A DNA stretch of 34,321 nt from Ginkgo biloba. Lineage: Eukaryota; Plantae; Ginkgophyta. The stretch is from contig JANKJI020000001.1 in NCBI GenBank assembly GCA_024626585.2, positions 521,193 to 555,513 on the forward strand, written 5' to 3'. The position numbers and the translations under genes are program-made. The notes below the pieces were generated by a model. The model was not told where the DNA came from. It saw only the letters and a list, made by a program, of their open reading frames with translations, and did no database searches. Shown one piece after another: positions 10,501 to 21,264 of this stretch (within the stretch, counting starts at the first letter, position 1; every line of letters begins with the position of its first letter).

Positions 10501-13384
10501 TAACTAGAAAATCTCAAAATCTATCTCAATTGTATTGTGTTAACCTTTGAGATGGAAACACTATAAATACATCCAGAAGGTGAGTTGGATCGATCCAAAG
10601 GGTGAATCGATCAAGTTCCAAGCAAAAGATGGTGGATAGATTGATTCAATTTTTTTTTGTACCAACCAATTAATTTTTATTTTTTTCAACCTTTCTTNNN
10701 NNNNNNNNNNNNNNNNNNNNNNNNNNNNNNNNNNNNNNNNNNNNNNNNNNNNNNNNNNNNNNNNNNNNNNNNNNNNNNNNNNNNNNNNNNNNNNNNNCAC
10801 TAGAGTCATGTTCCAATTTCAAGCGTGAACCAAACTTGGTTGACACCACTATGAGACTTCCGATTATGCCCTCGTTGCAAAGATTCAAGGTCAAGTTAGA
10901 TATAAAATTGTGTCATGTACACCAATAATTTTGCAAGTAAACAAATGAAAATTCCATTAACTTTAATCATGATAGCAAAGAATATATAGAGTACTTACCA
11001 ATGCCAGGGCATTGTTTAATTTAGAAATGACAAAGACACACCCCATGTCATAGATTGTTAAAGAACCCATCTTCCATCCAAAACCAACCGCATACAAATG
11101 ACATGATCCCCTATGGGCCAATGCACAATTTACAAGTGATAACACAACTCCGAGTAAATCACCAAACACTATTCTATGAGTACCTTACATTACTTTGACT
11201 CCATAAGCAATACACAAAACAATTACCTAGACTCCATGAGCAACCATCCAACCTCTAAGCTAGATTGTATGCCCTTGTCCTTTCCACAAGAAACAGTTAT
11301 CCTCTCTTGGCAACAAGCTAAAAACATGAGTTAGCATAAATGGATAGGTACATATTTACACAAATCAACCATTACAATTCAACAAGAGAAAGCTAGGTCA
11401 CTAGCAAGAGAAAACTCTACTTGTAGATTTTATTCACAAACTACAAAATTAGAAAGCCTCCCTCAACACTTTGCATTGCTTATACAGGAGAGAGAGTGAC
11501 CCAAGGACTTCTTGGCTTTTGGCTCTTTACTTGTCCTTTGGCTCTTGGGAGTCCCACCAACTTCACTTTAAATACCTCTTCTTTCCCATTTGCCTTCTCT
11601 CCTTGAAATTGGTCTTTAGTTGGAGGTACATGGTTCCAACCAGGTTTGGCTACAAGTCTAGAGCCCTTTTCTACTTGTGTCTTCTTTCTTGTACACACAG
11701 GTTTGCAGTTTTTTTTTTTTCACTCTATGCTCTAACATGGTTTCTGCCTTCTTTCTATGCTGTAGCAGTTTTGTGTTGTAACAAAATGTGTATCTGGCTT
11801 GTTATTGTTCATGTTTACAAGGAATGCCTAATAGGGCTCTTTTATGTTAGGAGCTTGGCTCATGCATGGGCAGGGTCAAGGCTACCTTTATAATAATAAG
11901 CTCCTAGAAAATTCCAAAAATGCAAACTTGAAGTTATTGACAAATACAAGCAAAGGATGAAAGACAGTTTTTTTTATTTAGGCTCTCCCTAAAAGCAATT
12001 GAAAATTAAAAAACAAAGAAAATGAACTTATATCCAGAGTCTGAGAGTTTCTTTTGCAACACTATATAAAGGTAGTGCACAAAGTAAAGTGGACAAAATC
12101 CACTCCTATTGTAGACCAGGTGCAAGGCACATACATTTGCTTCGGCAGCAGGATTAACATTTCCATTTACTGAAAATGCACCACCAAGAATCACAATCTG
12201 CCCTATTTTCTGTGGAAAATCAGGATTCATTTCAATTGCCTGCAATGACCAACAAATAGACTGGGANNNNNNNNNNNNNNNNNNNNNNNNNNNNNNNNNN
12301 NNNNNNNNNNNNNNNNNNNNNNNNNNNNNNNNNNNNNNNNNNNNNNNNNNNNNNNNNNNNNNNNNNNNNNNNNNNNNNNNNNNNNNNNNNNNNNNNNNNN
12401 NNNNNNNNNNNNNNNNNNNNNNNNNNNNNNNNNNNNNNNNNNNNNNNNNNNNNNNNNNNNNNNNNNNNNNNNNNNNNNNNNNNNNNNNNNNNNNNNNNNN
12501 NNNNNNNNNNNNNNNNNNNNNNNNATCTGCAACTCGCAGTTTTGAAACTTTCTATTTGACAAATGTGCAATAACAAGTCAGTCGGATATTGTAAGCAAAC
12601 ACTCGCAGCAACTCAATTCTCTATTCTCAGCTGCACAGAGTCTAGAGAATGATTTGAAAATAAGGTCAGACAAACTCAATCTTCAATCATGACCAAAGAC
12701 GGTATAGCTTGAAGTTCAAAAGGACAGAGAAAAAAACCCTAATTATATTAGCCAATAANNNNNNNNNNNNNNNNNNNNNNNNNNNNNNNNNNNNNNNNNN
12801 NNNNNNNNNNNNNNNNNNNNNNNNNNNNNNNNNNNNNNNNNNNNNNNNNNNNNNNNNNNNNNTGTGTGTGAACCTTCCGCTACTGGGATGTCTTCTCTTC
12901 CTGCAACTTCCAACTAGAATTTATGGCAACCATTAGAATGAGACCTTGTTTACATGTTGAACTGGAGGAACTTATCACTCAATTTATGAAATGAAATGAA
13001 ATCATTTAATGTCTTCTAAGACCAGAATAGGCATGTTGTGCCTTTACAAGATTCATGATATTAGTAGGTTTAAATAGGCCTCTCTCTTGCCACATGAACA
13101 CAGACTGTAGGCAAACACCCAGAGATGACATCAGCAAGGATACAAGAATAAAAACCATAGGCAAAACAACACAGAAATGGATGGGAATAGATTATAAATT
13201 TCTTAAGAACAAAGTGCCACTAAACGATGTGTATGTTAACCAAGAATGATGTTGTTAAATCAGCATACCAGATGAAGTGCATTCTTTGTAGCCAAGGTTG
13301 TGCAAACATTTCCATATATTGTAGTCATACCAATAACATCCACTTCTGGGGACTGAAGAGCCAAAAAGATTGCCATGGTATCAT
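7448..13384 (-). CDS. URH2: Nucleoside N-ribohydrolase / inosine-uridine nucleoside hydrolase (URH2/NSH2-like), multi-exon; exon 1 and parts of exons 3-4 not visible; apparent frameshift at last exon
   Basis: Eight exons in the correct order, with AG acceptors and (where not hidden by gaps) GT donors: 13269-13384, <12863-12913, <12525-12551, 12135-12239, 9079-9175, 8758-8865, 8376-8511, 7448-7555. Translation tracks plant URH2/NSH2 throughout (DD.MAI..AL.SPEVDVIG.TT..GNV; LEVAGR.DIPVAEG; GGAF.VNGNVNPAAEANIFGDPEAADIVF; GVYLHDP; EWS.KP.VKVAVTVDA). Exon numbering assumes one missing first coding exon. Confidence 0.93.
8376..8511 (-). CDS. URH2: URH2-like exon 8 (GVYLHDPTAMFAAIDPLLMTYVEGVVRVQAKGIFRGLTLFDNMKK(R))
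   Basis: atgcag acceptor, AAG|gttagt donor (phase 2); catalytic HDP motif. Confidence 0.93.
8758..8865 (-). CDS. URH2: URH2-like exon 7 (DTDLEDLARSKGKYAQYICNILKFYFSYHHEAYNIR)
   Basis: ttgcag acceptor, GTG|gtaagt donor; phase-compatible with both neighbours. Confidence 0.92.
9079..9175 (-). CDS. URH2: URH2-like exon 6 (IFGDPEAADIVFTSGADIIVVGINVTHQVVMT)
   Basis: aaccag acceptor, CAG|gtattc donor, 97 nt. Confidence 0.93.
10330..11700 (-). mobile_element. Degenerate Ty1/Copia-like remnant inside URH intron 5
   Basis: Eroded zinc knuckle DNCFLWKGQGH (~11270-11300), YDMGCVFVISK (Copia protease-distal segment) and IHQSLGHP (pre-integrase WH.RLGH-like, ~10335-10360); interrupted by a 100-N gap. 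Confidence 0.45.
12135..12239 (-). CDS. URH2: URH2-like exon 5 (AIEMNPDFPQKIGQIVILGGAFSVNGNVNPAAEAN)
   Basis: ttgcag acceptor, AAT|gtatgt donor, 105 nt, phase 0/0. Confidence 0.93.
12525..12551 (-). CDS. URH2: URH2-like exon 4 start (KVSKLRVAD), remainder in gap 12267-12524
   Basis: aaatag acceptor followed by KVSKLRVAD, matching the plant TKLRIADFVHG segment. Confidence 0.8.
12863..12913 (-). CDS. URH2: URH2-like exon 3, truncated by gap (LEVAGREDIPVAEGSHT)
   Basis: ttctag acceptor, phase 0; typical nucleoside hydrolase DIPVAEG motif. Confidence 0.9.
13269..13384 (-). CDS. URH2: URH2-like exon 2 ((D)DTMAIFLALQSPEVDVIGMTTIYGNVCTTLATKNALHL)
   Basis: ctacag acceptor (phase 1) and CTG|gtatgc donor; carries the last Asp pair of the DxDxxxDD Ca2+-binding motif and GNV. 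Confidence 0.93.
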
Positions 13385-15379
13385 CTGTAGATATTGATGA
13401 AATTGTCAGGCAACTATTATCTAGTGATGAATTATTAAATTGCCCCAATGTTAATTATCTGAGGTAATGAAGAACCATCATAGATTTTTCTAGAGACAAA
13501 AGATACTAGGATTGCATGCTTATGTATTTGAGGAAAAACTGAAGCAAAATAATGCTCATAGAAATTACAGTAAAAAAGGTACAAATTCCACTGGCTGAAT
13601 TGCAATGAATGCATCATTTTTGTCCTCGTGAAGAATTTGTATGCATATAAGGAACATACAAATTATTTGACAATATAAAAGGAAGAGAAGCTCATAAATA
13701 AGGAGATATCCAGATTATTAGAATGGCGAGCATTTCAAAGAAAAAGACAGGTATAATAATAAATTCCAAAACATTTCCACAACAAGAAGTGCAAGTAGTT
13801 ATTAATTTGTTGGGAAACATCATGGGTATGGGATTGACATGCCGTCATCTATGGAGGAGGGCGCCTATCAAGTAGTACGTAGCGTTCAACACTCACTGAT
13901 CATTACCAGGATGGTTTCCCAAGCCAAGGTCCAAGGAGAAATGAGTTTTCCCAATTTACATTTAAAATGCGTGTGAAGTGTCTATGATGAATAGATGAAA
14001 TAAAACGAACTTGATAAATATATAAAGTTTTAGTAATGCCAAAGAAGGCTCCATCATNNNNNNNNNNNNNNNNNNNNNNNNNNNNNNNNNNNNNNNNNNN
14101 NNNNNNNNNNNNNNNNNNNNNNNNNNNNNNNNNNNNNNNNNNNNNNNNNNNNNNNNNNNNNNNNNNNNNNNNNNNNNNNNNNNNNNNNNNNNNNNNNNNN
14201 NNNNNNNNNNNNNNNNNNNNNNNNNNNNNNNNNNNNNNNNNNNNNNNNNNNNNNNNNNNNNNNNNNNNNNNNNNNNNNNNNNNNNNNNNNNNNNNNNNNN
14301 NNNNNNNNNNNNNNNNNNNNNNNNNNNNNNNNNNNNNNNNNNNNNNNNNNNNNNNNNNNNNNNNNNNNNNNNNNNNNNNNNNNNNNNNNNNNNNNNNNNN
14401 NNNNNNNNNNNNNNNNNNNNNNNNNNNNNNNNNNNNNNNNNNNNNNNNNGCCAAAAAAAAAAACAGAAAGCATTGACTATGTCTCTATGACAGCATTCTA
14501 TCTACTCCAAGGCAGCCACACAATCATATTTAGGGTGTAGGATTGAACTAGTTTCGGCCACTAGATAATGCTATAAAAAGTTATAAGTGTACAGAATAGC
14601 AGCTATCAAAGAAACCCTAGGAAGAAAGAAACTATACCAATGTCCACAGGTGACCAAAATTGATCTATAGGACATAAGAAATACATGCATACATGGTTAA
14701 TCAAATGGTGTGTACATCTTTGGCCAATTTCTATAACATAACAGTATCCAAAAGACAATATGTAGAGTAGATAGTACAAAAATAGCTCCTAAGCCCCTGT
14801 GCTGCAACCATTTTGTGATGTGGCAATGTGGTAGAACTGGGATCGATGCAATACAAAAAATAAAATAAAATGTTTTCATGTTCATCATCTACAACTATTA
14901 CAATCACCTAGAGTCTGCCAAATAATATCATGTGCCAAGGAATCATCTAAAGGTTGGATAAGTGAAGGAGTCTTATTGTATAATCATGGGAAGCCATCTA
15001 TTTGTTGCTTTAGCAATGATAAGTCCCCTATCATTCAAAGCCAAAGCATCCTCACTGGTTGGAAAAGAACTAGTAATGACACCTTTCACCAGGGCTCTAG
15101 AAATATCCTATCAATAATAGTTATCTGAGGGTGTCTCCTAGGGGGGATAGAGGACCATAGTGACTTGTATCATAAAATAGTGTTTGGTTACACATTTAGT
15201 ATTATGTGAGCTCATAACGCATTTTTCCTGACCATAGATCTAAAAGATTGGAAGAATAATGTGATACTATGCATCTTTGTTTGTCCTCTACACACATCAT
15301 CACTCAAAAGGTGTCACTTTCAAAGAAAGAACTTTTCGAGGAAAAGGGCAATGGATTGTAATTTTGATAAGAAGTGATG

Positions 15380-15680
15380 GTGGATCATGATCCACCAATG
15401 TCTCTAAATAAGTATTGGCATCTACCTATGATGTCAGAGTAAATTCGACAATGAATGATAACATACTTCTCTATCTCAACGTCCAACAAGTCAAGGCTAT
15501 AAAATGTATTTATCTCTAGCAATGTATTGCTAAGCTTCTATGTGAAATGGATGAGAGCATAGTCTAAGTTGTCTAATGGAAAATTTCATTCCATGTGACG
15601 CATGAAGGCACAAATATCCTAGAGGATTGATAACACCATTGTAGATGTGGTGAAAATGCTTGGTGTCAGCCCAGTCAAAC
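15380..15680 (-). mobile_element. Degenerate LINE endonuclease, C-terminal part
   Basis: HIYNG (I.NG) and NLDYALI (IDY motif), followed by a possible eroded SDH segment, in the expected order. Confidence 0.4.
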
Positions 15681-15932
15681 ATGGTCAAAGCTCGGTCAAA
15701 GGATGAGTTTGAAGAAGAAAGAGCATTAAATAAGCCTTTGAAAGCTAAACAACCTTTAACTATAAGGAAGAGATTAACTGGGAATTAAGCATGTAAATTT
15801 TGAAATTGGAGGCTAATAATGATGGTGGGACCNNNNNNNNNNNNNNNNNNNNNNNNNNNNNNNNNNNNNNNNNNNNNNNNNNNNNNNNNNNNNNNNNNNN
15901 NNNNNNNNNNNNNNNNNNNNNNNNNNNNNNNN

Positions 15933-17069
15933 ATAATTGCTACCTTTATATGTCTTGCGGGTAACTTTTTTGTCAATCACTACCTTCACGCAACCTATAG
16001 GTAACTTCATGTGCACTACAGATGGCATTTTCTGTCCATTGCCTACCTTCATTACACTTGCAGGTAGCCCCTTTTTCTATCAAATCTTACCTTCACACAT
16101 ACTGCAAGTAGTTCTTCCCATTGTCAAAGCTCACCTTCACCTCACATGCAGTTGGCCTTTTCTCATGTGCTCATGCTACCATTCGCTTTTAATGGTAAAT
16201 CCCGACTGCTTTCCATTTTGAATTAACCCTGTGTATTATCATTCTTACCTGCACACCCGTTGTAGGTAGCCTTTTAAATAATGGGGCCTACATAATGTGC
16301 ACTGTTCATGCACTTCAATTCTAATTTCTTAGCCTCTTATTCGCTAACGTCTTGTCTCTCGCCATAAGCATTACTGATTGGGCCACGATGGCGTTGAACT
16401 CATCGTCAATGAAGGTAGCCTAGCCATACAGAGGGTGGTTTTTACAGGGGATGCTATTCTCATCATTCTACAATTTTTTTCAAATTTGCCTGATTGTCTT
16501 TGTTCTTCACTGATTGGCTTCTACTCAATCATCTTCCCTCCGATTGTCTTCGATTCTTGGCATTGGATCAATTTGTCTTTGACTTTGTCTTGTGGTTTTT
16601 TCGTTTTCTTCTCTGAGAATGCGTTTTATCCTTTGAAATTTGTTTCCCAAATCACATTGTTCAAACATCTTTGTCTATCATACGGGCTCGTTTACGTTTG
16701 AATGCTCCTTTCGAATGTGGTGTTTTGAATTTTGTTCTTCACTCTCATTTCATGCCTCCCATGTCTCTTGTTTTCTCTCCAGAATCCCTTTGCTCATGCG
16801 ATTTTTTGCCTGGAGTCGTGTTTCATGCAAAGTCTTTTTCCTCGACCGTGGCAAATGGCCTACGGCACCTCACATTGTGCCTTGTCTTGACTGTGGCAAG
16901 AAACCCAATCCTTCTCCACCTTCAGCAGTGGCAAATGCGGTTTCTATCAACACACTTGCTTTCTTCTATGGCTACGTTCTTTGCCCTGGGTTTTACTGCT
17001 CCCAATTTTTTTCCCGGTGCAATTCTCCCACTCATTCTTGCAACAATCCAATGACTGTGTGTCCTGATT
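15933..17069. mobile_element. Probable LTR-retroelement internal remnant (degenerate cac.tgcaggtagcc repeats plus a decayed K/E-rich gag-like frame on the minus strand)
   Basis: About five degenerate repeats at 15950-16275, strong strand skew, and a GAVGHL knuckle-like remnant; no firm domain match. Confidence 0.3.
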
Positions 17070-17804
17070 NNNNNNNNNNNNNNNNNNNNNNNNNNNNNNN
17101 NNNNNNNNNNNNNNNNNNNNNNNNNNNNNNNNNNNNNNNNNNNNNNNNNNNNNNNNNNNNNNNNNNNNNATGTGATTGATTCTTGTCTCTTATCTCGAAT
17201 TCTTCGCTATCGCCCGTGATTCTGTTTTCACAGATATAACATAAAAGCTCAAACCTCATAAGGGACAATGATCTCATTTCTTACATTTAACAAGATGACA
17301 ATGTTCTCTATAAGTGTCTTTGACTAAATGAAGATGAAGGGCAGATGTGCACATGTTTACAATCCTCACCATATATCACTTAATCATGGGGCATTGACCA
17401 GAGTCAGTGGTGGTGAAGCAGTGGATAGAATGGCGACAAAATCCCAAGGGACCTTCCAAGAAGTTGTGGAAGAAAAAGTCAGCTTTAAGGTAGGAGAGTG
17501 TAGGGAGTGAAGGGTGGGAATAAACCAGGCTAGACACTCACAATAAAGGTTATAAAAAATGTGATTAATGTCAATGTTAATCTGTGACGAGGGTAGTTAA
17601 AGGTTGTCAACCAAGATGACAGTATGATAGCCATTGTCAACCAAGGGTAGATACTGAAAGACATGGACAACACAAATGTGAAATACAACAGCAATGTTGG
17701 AAACAATGTAATCTAGGACACTAGCACCTTCTTTGTGCAGGTACTAAGGCATCAGAACCTGGAAACCAAGATAGAATATTCAAAATATATATACAATGTG
17801 ACTC

Positions 17805-18250
17805 ACCTTGTCCAAGCTGGTGTCAACCATAGGATATGACAGCTTTTTCAGAGTTATGTTAGCAACTCCCGAGCCCATTCTGCTAGATCTTGGTCATGAA
17901 GCCATAATTCATCTTTGAAAAGATTGAAACTAGGCATTTGATGTCTGCCAGTCGGCATTGAATTCTCCCAATAAAATAACCATCTTGTCAAATAGAGAAT
18001 TGTGAGATCTCAGGGTGCAGTTTACAAAAGTAATCCCCCTCAACATGGACATCAAAATCCAAGGATGCTGTTGTAAAGTAACAGAGCACAATATATACAG
18101 CTCTCAAGGTGGCCCCTTTGTGCAACCTGACCCAAAGTATCCAAGTCAGATTTGACTGAAGACAGTTTCTTACTAAACATACCAAGCCTCCAGACCCCCT
18201 CAATCCACCAAATTTCCTTCTCACCTGTCAGTAAGCAGACTCCCACCTGT
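17805..18250 (-). mobile_element. Degenerate LINE apurinic endonuclease (EEP/APE) domain, N-terminal part
   Basis: RGSGGLVCLVR (GG.AIL motif), LWVRL..VYIVLCYF, then frameshifted MVILLGEFNAD (GDFNA motif) and SYG*HQL. Confidence 0.7.
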
Positions 18251-19178
18251 GTCCTAGAAAAGGGGGTAAGGATGCAGGATCTCTGTAAAGAAGCCTATAT
18301 CTTTCCCTCTGCATACATTCTGTACAGTATTGTTACAATTCCAAAATTAGAATGAAATGTGATATATCCATGTAGACACTTCATTTTTTATGATTCAATG
18401 TGACGTAGCCTAACCAAAAAAGGGAACATGGATCAATCCTTATAATTTTCCAACTAAAAACTTACATCTGCTAAGAAAAATTGCACCATTACAAAAAGAG
18501 AAGGGTTAGGCATGGTATGTGCAATACGAAAGTTTCAACATTGTTTAGTATCCAATCCATTTTATTTTTACATCNNNNNNNNNNNNNNNNNNNNNNNNNN
18601 NNNNNNNNNNNNNNNNNNNNNNNNNNNNNNNNNNNNNNNNNNNNNNNNNNNNNNNNNNNNNNNNNNNNNNNNNNCAAGGCTGGTCCCACCCAGCAAAAAA
18701 GAATCTCTGATACAAGCTCTGCCATTCAGATCATTGCCCATTAGTTTAATTTCCCTGCGTCTAGAATCTCCGTTCTGAGAGGACTCCAAGAAGGTGCCAC
18801 AATTGCTAGTAGGCATGCCAACTGTGGTTGGAAGAGGTTTTCCAGCAGTCTACGACGTGTTGGATTCCTATTATCTAAACTGCTATGTGCAGGAAAAATA
18901 GCTTCTCTGGCTTGAGGTAAGAGGTTGCTAACAGGTTGAGCTAGCCCAAGTGTACAACCTTCATACCAGGTTGACTACGGAAACATGCTGCAGACCAGCT
19001 CTACCTTCAGAAAAAACTCTCTAAGCTCTTTCCTGCTATGCACCAGATGCAGCATTAGTGAATTGTGTTTTGATCCTTGTTGAATGGCAATGTGTTTTCC
19101 TATGGTTACTGTAGCATTTATACATTTGAATATGCATGAAAATTACAGTGGAGGACAGTTTCAGACTCGAACAGTATT

Positions 19179-19327
19179 CAGTTTGTATGACAGTTCTAAC
19201 ATTCAGCTTTGGACAGTTTTCCAGCTTTCATGAAGTCTACATCTTGCATGACAATTTTTAGATACATCTCTGGACAAGTCTGTAGATTCTATGACATCTA
19301 CAGCTTGCATGATAGTTCTAAATATCC
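19179..19327. repeat. Degenerate ~61-bp tandem repeat (~2.5 copies)
   Basis: cagtttgtatgacagttcta (19179), catcttgcatgacaatttt (19240), cagcttgcatgatagttcta (19301). Confidence 0.7.
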
Positions 19328-19482
19328 ACGCAGGTGATGTATATTAGTTCAAATGTTTTTTGGTATACAGCATGCTGAATGCGAGGAGTGATTTTCTGCT
19401 CATGGATTCATGTTCTCAACAAGATCAGATTTCTCAAACTTGTGGGTTGTGACATCAGTAAGACAAGACGCGTGTTCCAAGG

Positions 19483-19852
19483 AAAGCCTGTGCTCTTCCA
19501 CATCATTACTTCACTTTATTTCTTCTTCTGCATGGTATTTTAAGTCCCTGATAGCTTTGTACATTTCTTATAACCACCTTCACTCTTTTAATAGAGCTTA
19601 TTCGCATTTATTTCTCATATTGTGCACCTTTTGCAGTTATATGCTTTTTCTTTTCTAGTTGAATTTTAATTTCATCCAAAGCCTGTGCTCTTCCACATCA
19701 TCACTTCAGTTTATTTCTTCTTCTGCATGGTATTTTAAGTCCCTAATAGCTTTGTAAAATTTCTTATAACCACATTAACTNNNNNNNNNNNNNNNNNNNN
19801 NNNNNNNNNNNNNNNNNNNNNTGCAGTTATATAGTTGAATTTTAATTTCATC
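19483..19852. repeat. Tandem duplication, period 195 bp
   Basis: aaagcctgtgctcttccacatcat... begins at both 19483 and 19678; both copies end tagttgaattttaatttcatc. Confidence 0.9.
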
Positions 19853-21104
19853 TCCTTGTTGTGATGGGGTGAATGGAAACACCTGAATGTAGTCACACGC
19901 TTCCTTATTCTGATTATGTTACTTCTTATATCATCCAAGCTTGCAATTACCACAAGATACCATCCTCAACCTCCTTTCAGGTTCTTCCTGGGCTCCAAGA
20001 GGATTGCACTTTTAGAACTATTTTCAGCATATTCCACTCTCTTAGCTCCATGTCCACATATCTTCTCAACCTTTTTAGAACCCTAAAGAATTGTCTTAGA
20101 AAGATAGTGCCCTGCCTAGCCCTAACTGCGCTGTTTCCTTCCATGGAACCTCCGTTTGGTGAAAGATAATAATCTGCCTTGCCTAATATTATCCCTCTAG
20201 CCCCTTTTTATTTAATTCCATAAATATTTCGTGATTGATGGGGAGAATAGGTTGGCTTCGACTGAAGACCTATGAAGTTATAATCCCTTCAGTTCTTAAG
20301 TCAAAAGTTTGCTAAAATCCAATTCCCAAATGATATTATTTGTAGGAATTCACAGATCAAATGTTGTAGAAACCAAAACAAGAATATTACATGCATGTAA
20401 AAAACTATTTCTTTTGCTCTTGCAAATGTATTATGATTAATTTGAATAAGGAACATTTTCCACTGGCAAATAAATCGAGATAACTAGAACAATATTTTTA
20501 TTAAAGTATTTGCAGGTTTGCTCTCAATTCTGTCAACGATTCTGATAATTATAAATTACGAGCCTGTGACAAATTTGGAACAAGGCAACCCTTTTCTTGT
20601 CCTTTCTTAAACTAAAAGATAACCTGCTTTGCAGGCCATGCAAGAAATTAATTAAGGGCCACTTGCCACTGACATGTATGCTCCAGAAAGGCCCACTTCC
20701 CCCTGCTAATTAAATCAAAAGAAGTTGAAATAGGAGTACTTGCCACTTTGCACTGAATTGTGATAAAGGGATTCTGTTAAGCCCAAATCAAAATACATTC
20801 ACTTCCCACTCATAGATAAATTACAATAAATTTGAATAGCAAAGTTTGTTGTTTCATACTCATTCTTATAGAGAATTCTACTAACAATAAATCAAAATCA
20901 CATTGATTATATTCCATTGCTTCTTGCAGTCTCTTAAAGTAACTATCAATCTACTTCAAGAAAATTTAGGTGGTCCTAACTTGCTTTAATCTGCATATAT
21001 TACTTTATTCTACATACCTCTTATTGCAAAGTGCCATGTTCAAGTTATGGTGCTGTCATAAAGGACCTGGAAGGTACTCAAGAAAATTATTGTGCCTTTA
21101 CATT

Positions 21105-21264
21105 AATTAATTTTGGAAAGAGGGGCATAATTTGGATATGGTGCAAAAATAGATGAGTACAAAGTGGCCCTAATGGAGATAAATAATTAATTTTGGAATG
21201 AGAGACATAATCTCGTTTGTGTGCAGAAATTCGTTAGTGTCAAGTGACACTAAAGGAGATAAAT
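21105..21264. repeat. Diverged 80-bp tandem duplication
   Basis: aattaattttggaa...ggagataaat at 21105-21184 and 21185-21264. Confidence 0.8.

Noticed and set aside
10990-11030. CCTGGCATTG|gtaagt (PGI, phase 1) resembling the end of URH exon 1
   Set aside because: It lies between exons 5 and 6, has an in-frame stop a few codons upstream and lacks the DTD motif.
13890-13960. HPGND followed by a gtgagt donor as URH exon 1
   Set aside because: Poor match to IIIDTDPGID and incompatible phase.
17807-17878. ATG...AAG|gtgagt mini-ORF (MGSGVANITLKKLSYPMVDTSLDK) as URH exon 1
   Set aside because: No DTDPG motif, wrong phase (0 instead of 1), and it lies inside the LINE endonuclease relic.
18675-19060. 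Moderately GC-rich, coding-looking stretch on the minus strand
   Set aside because: Stops interrupt the frames I read and no family was recognised.
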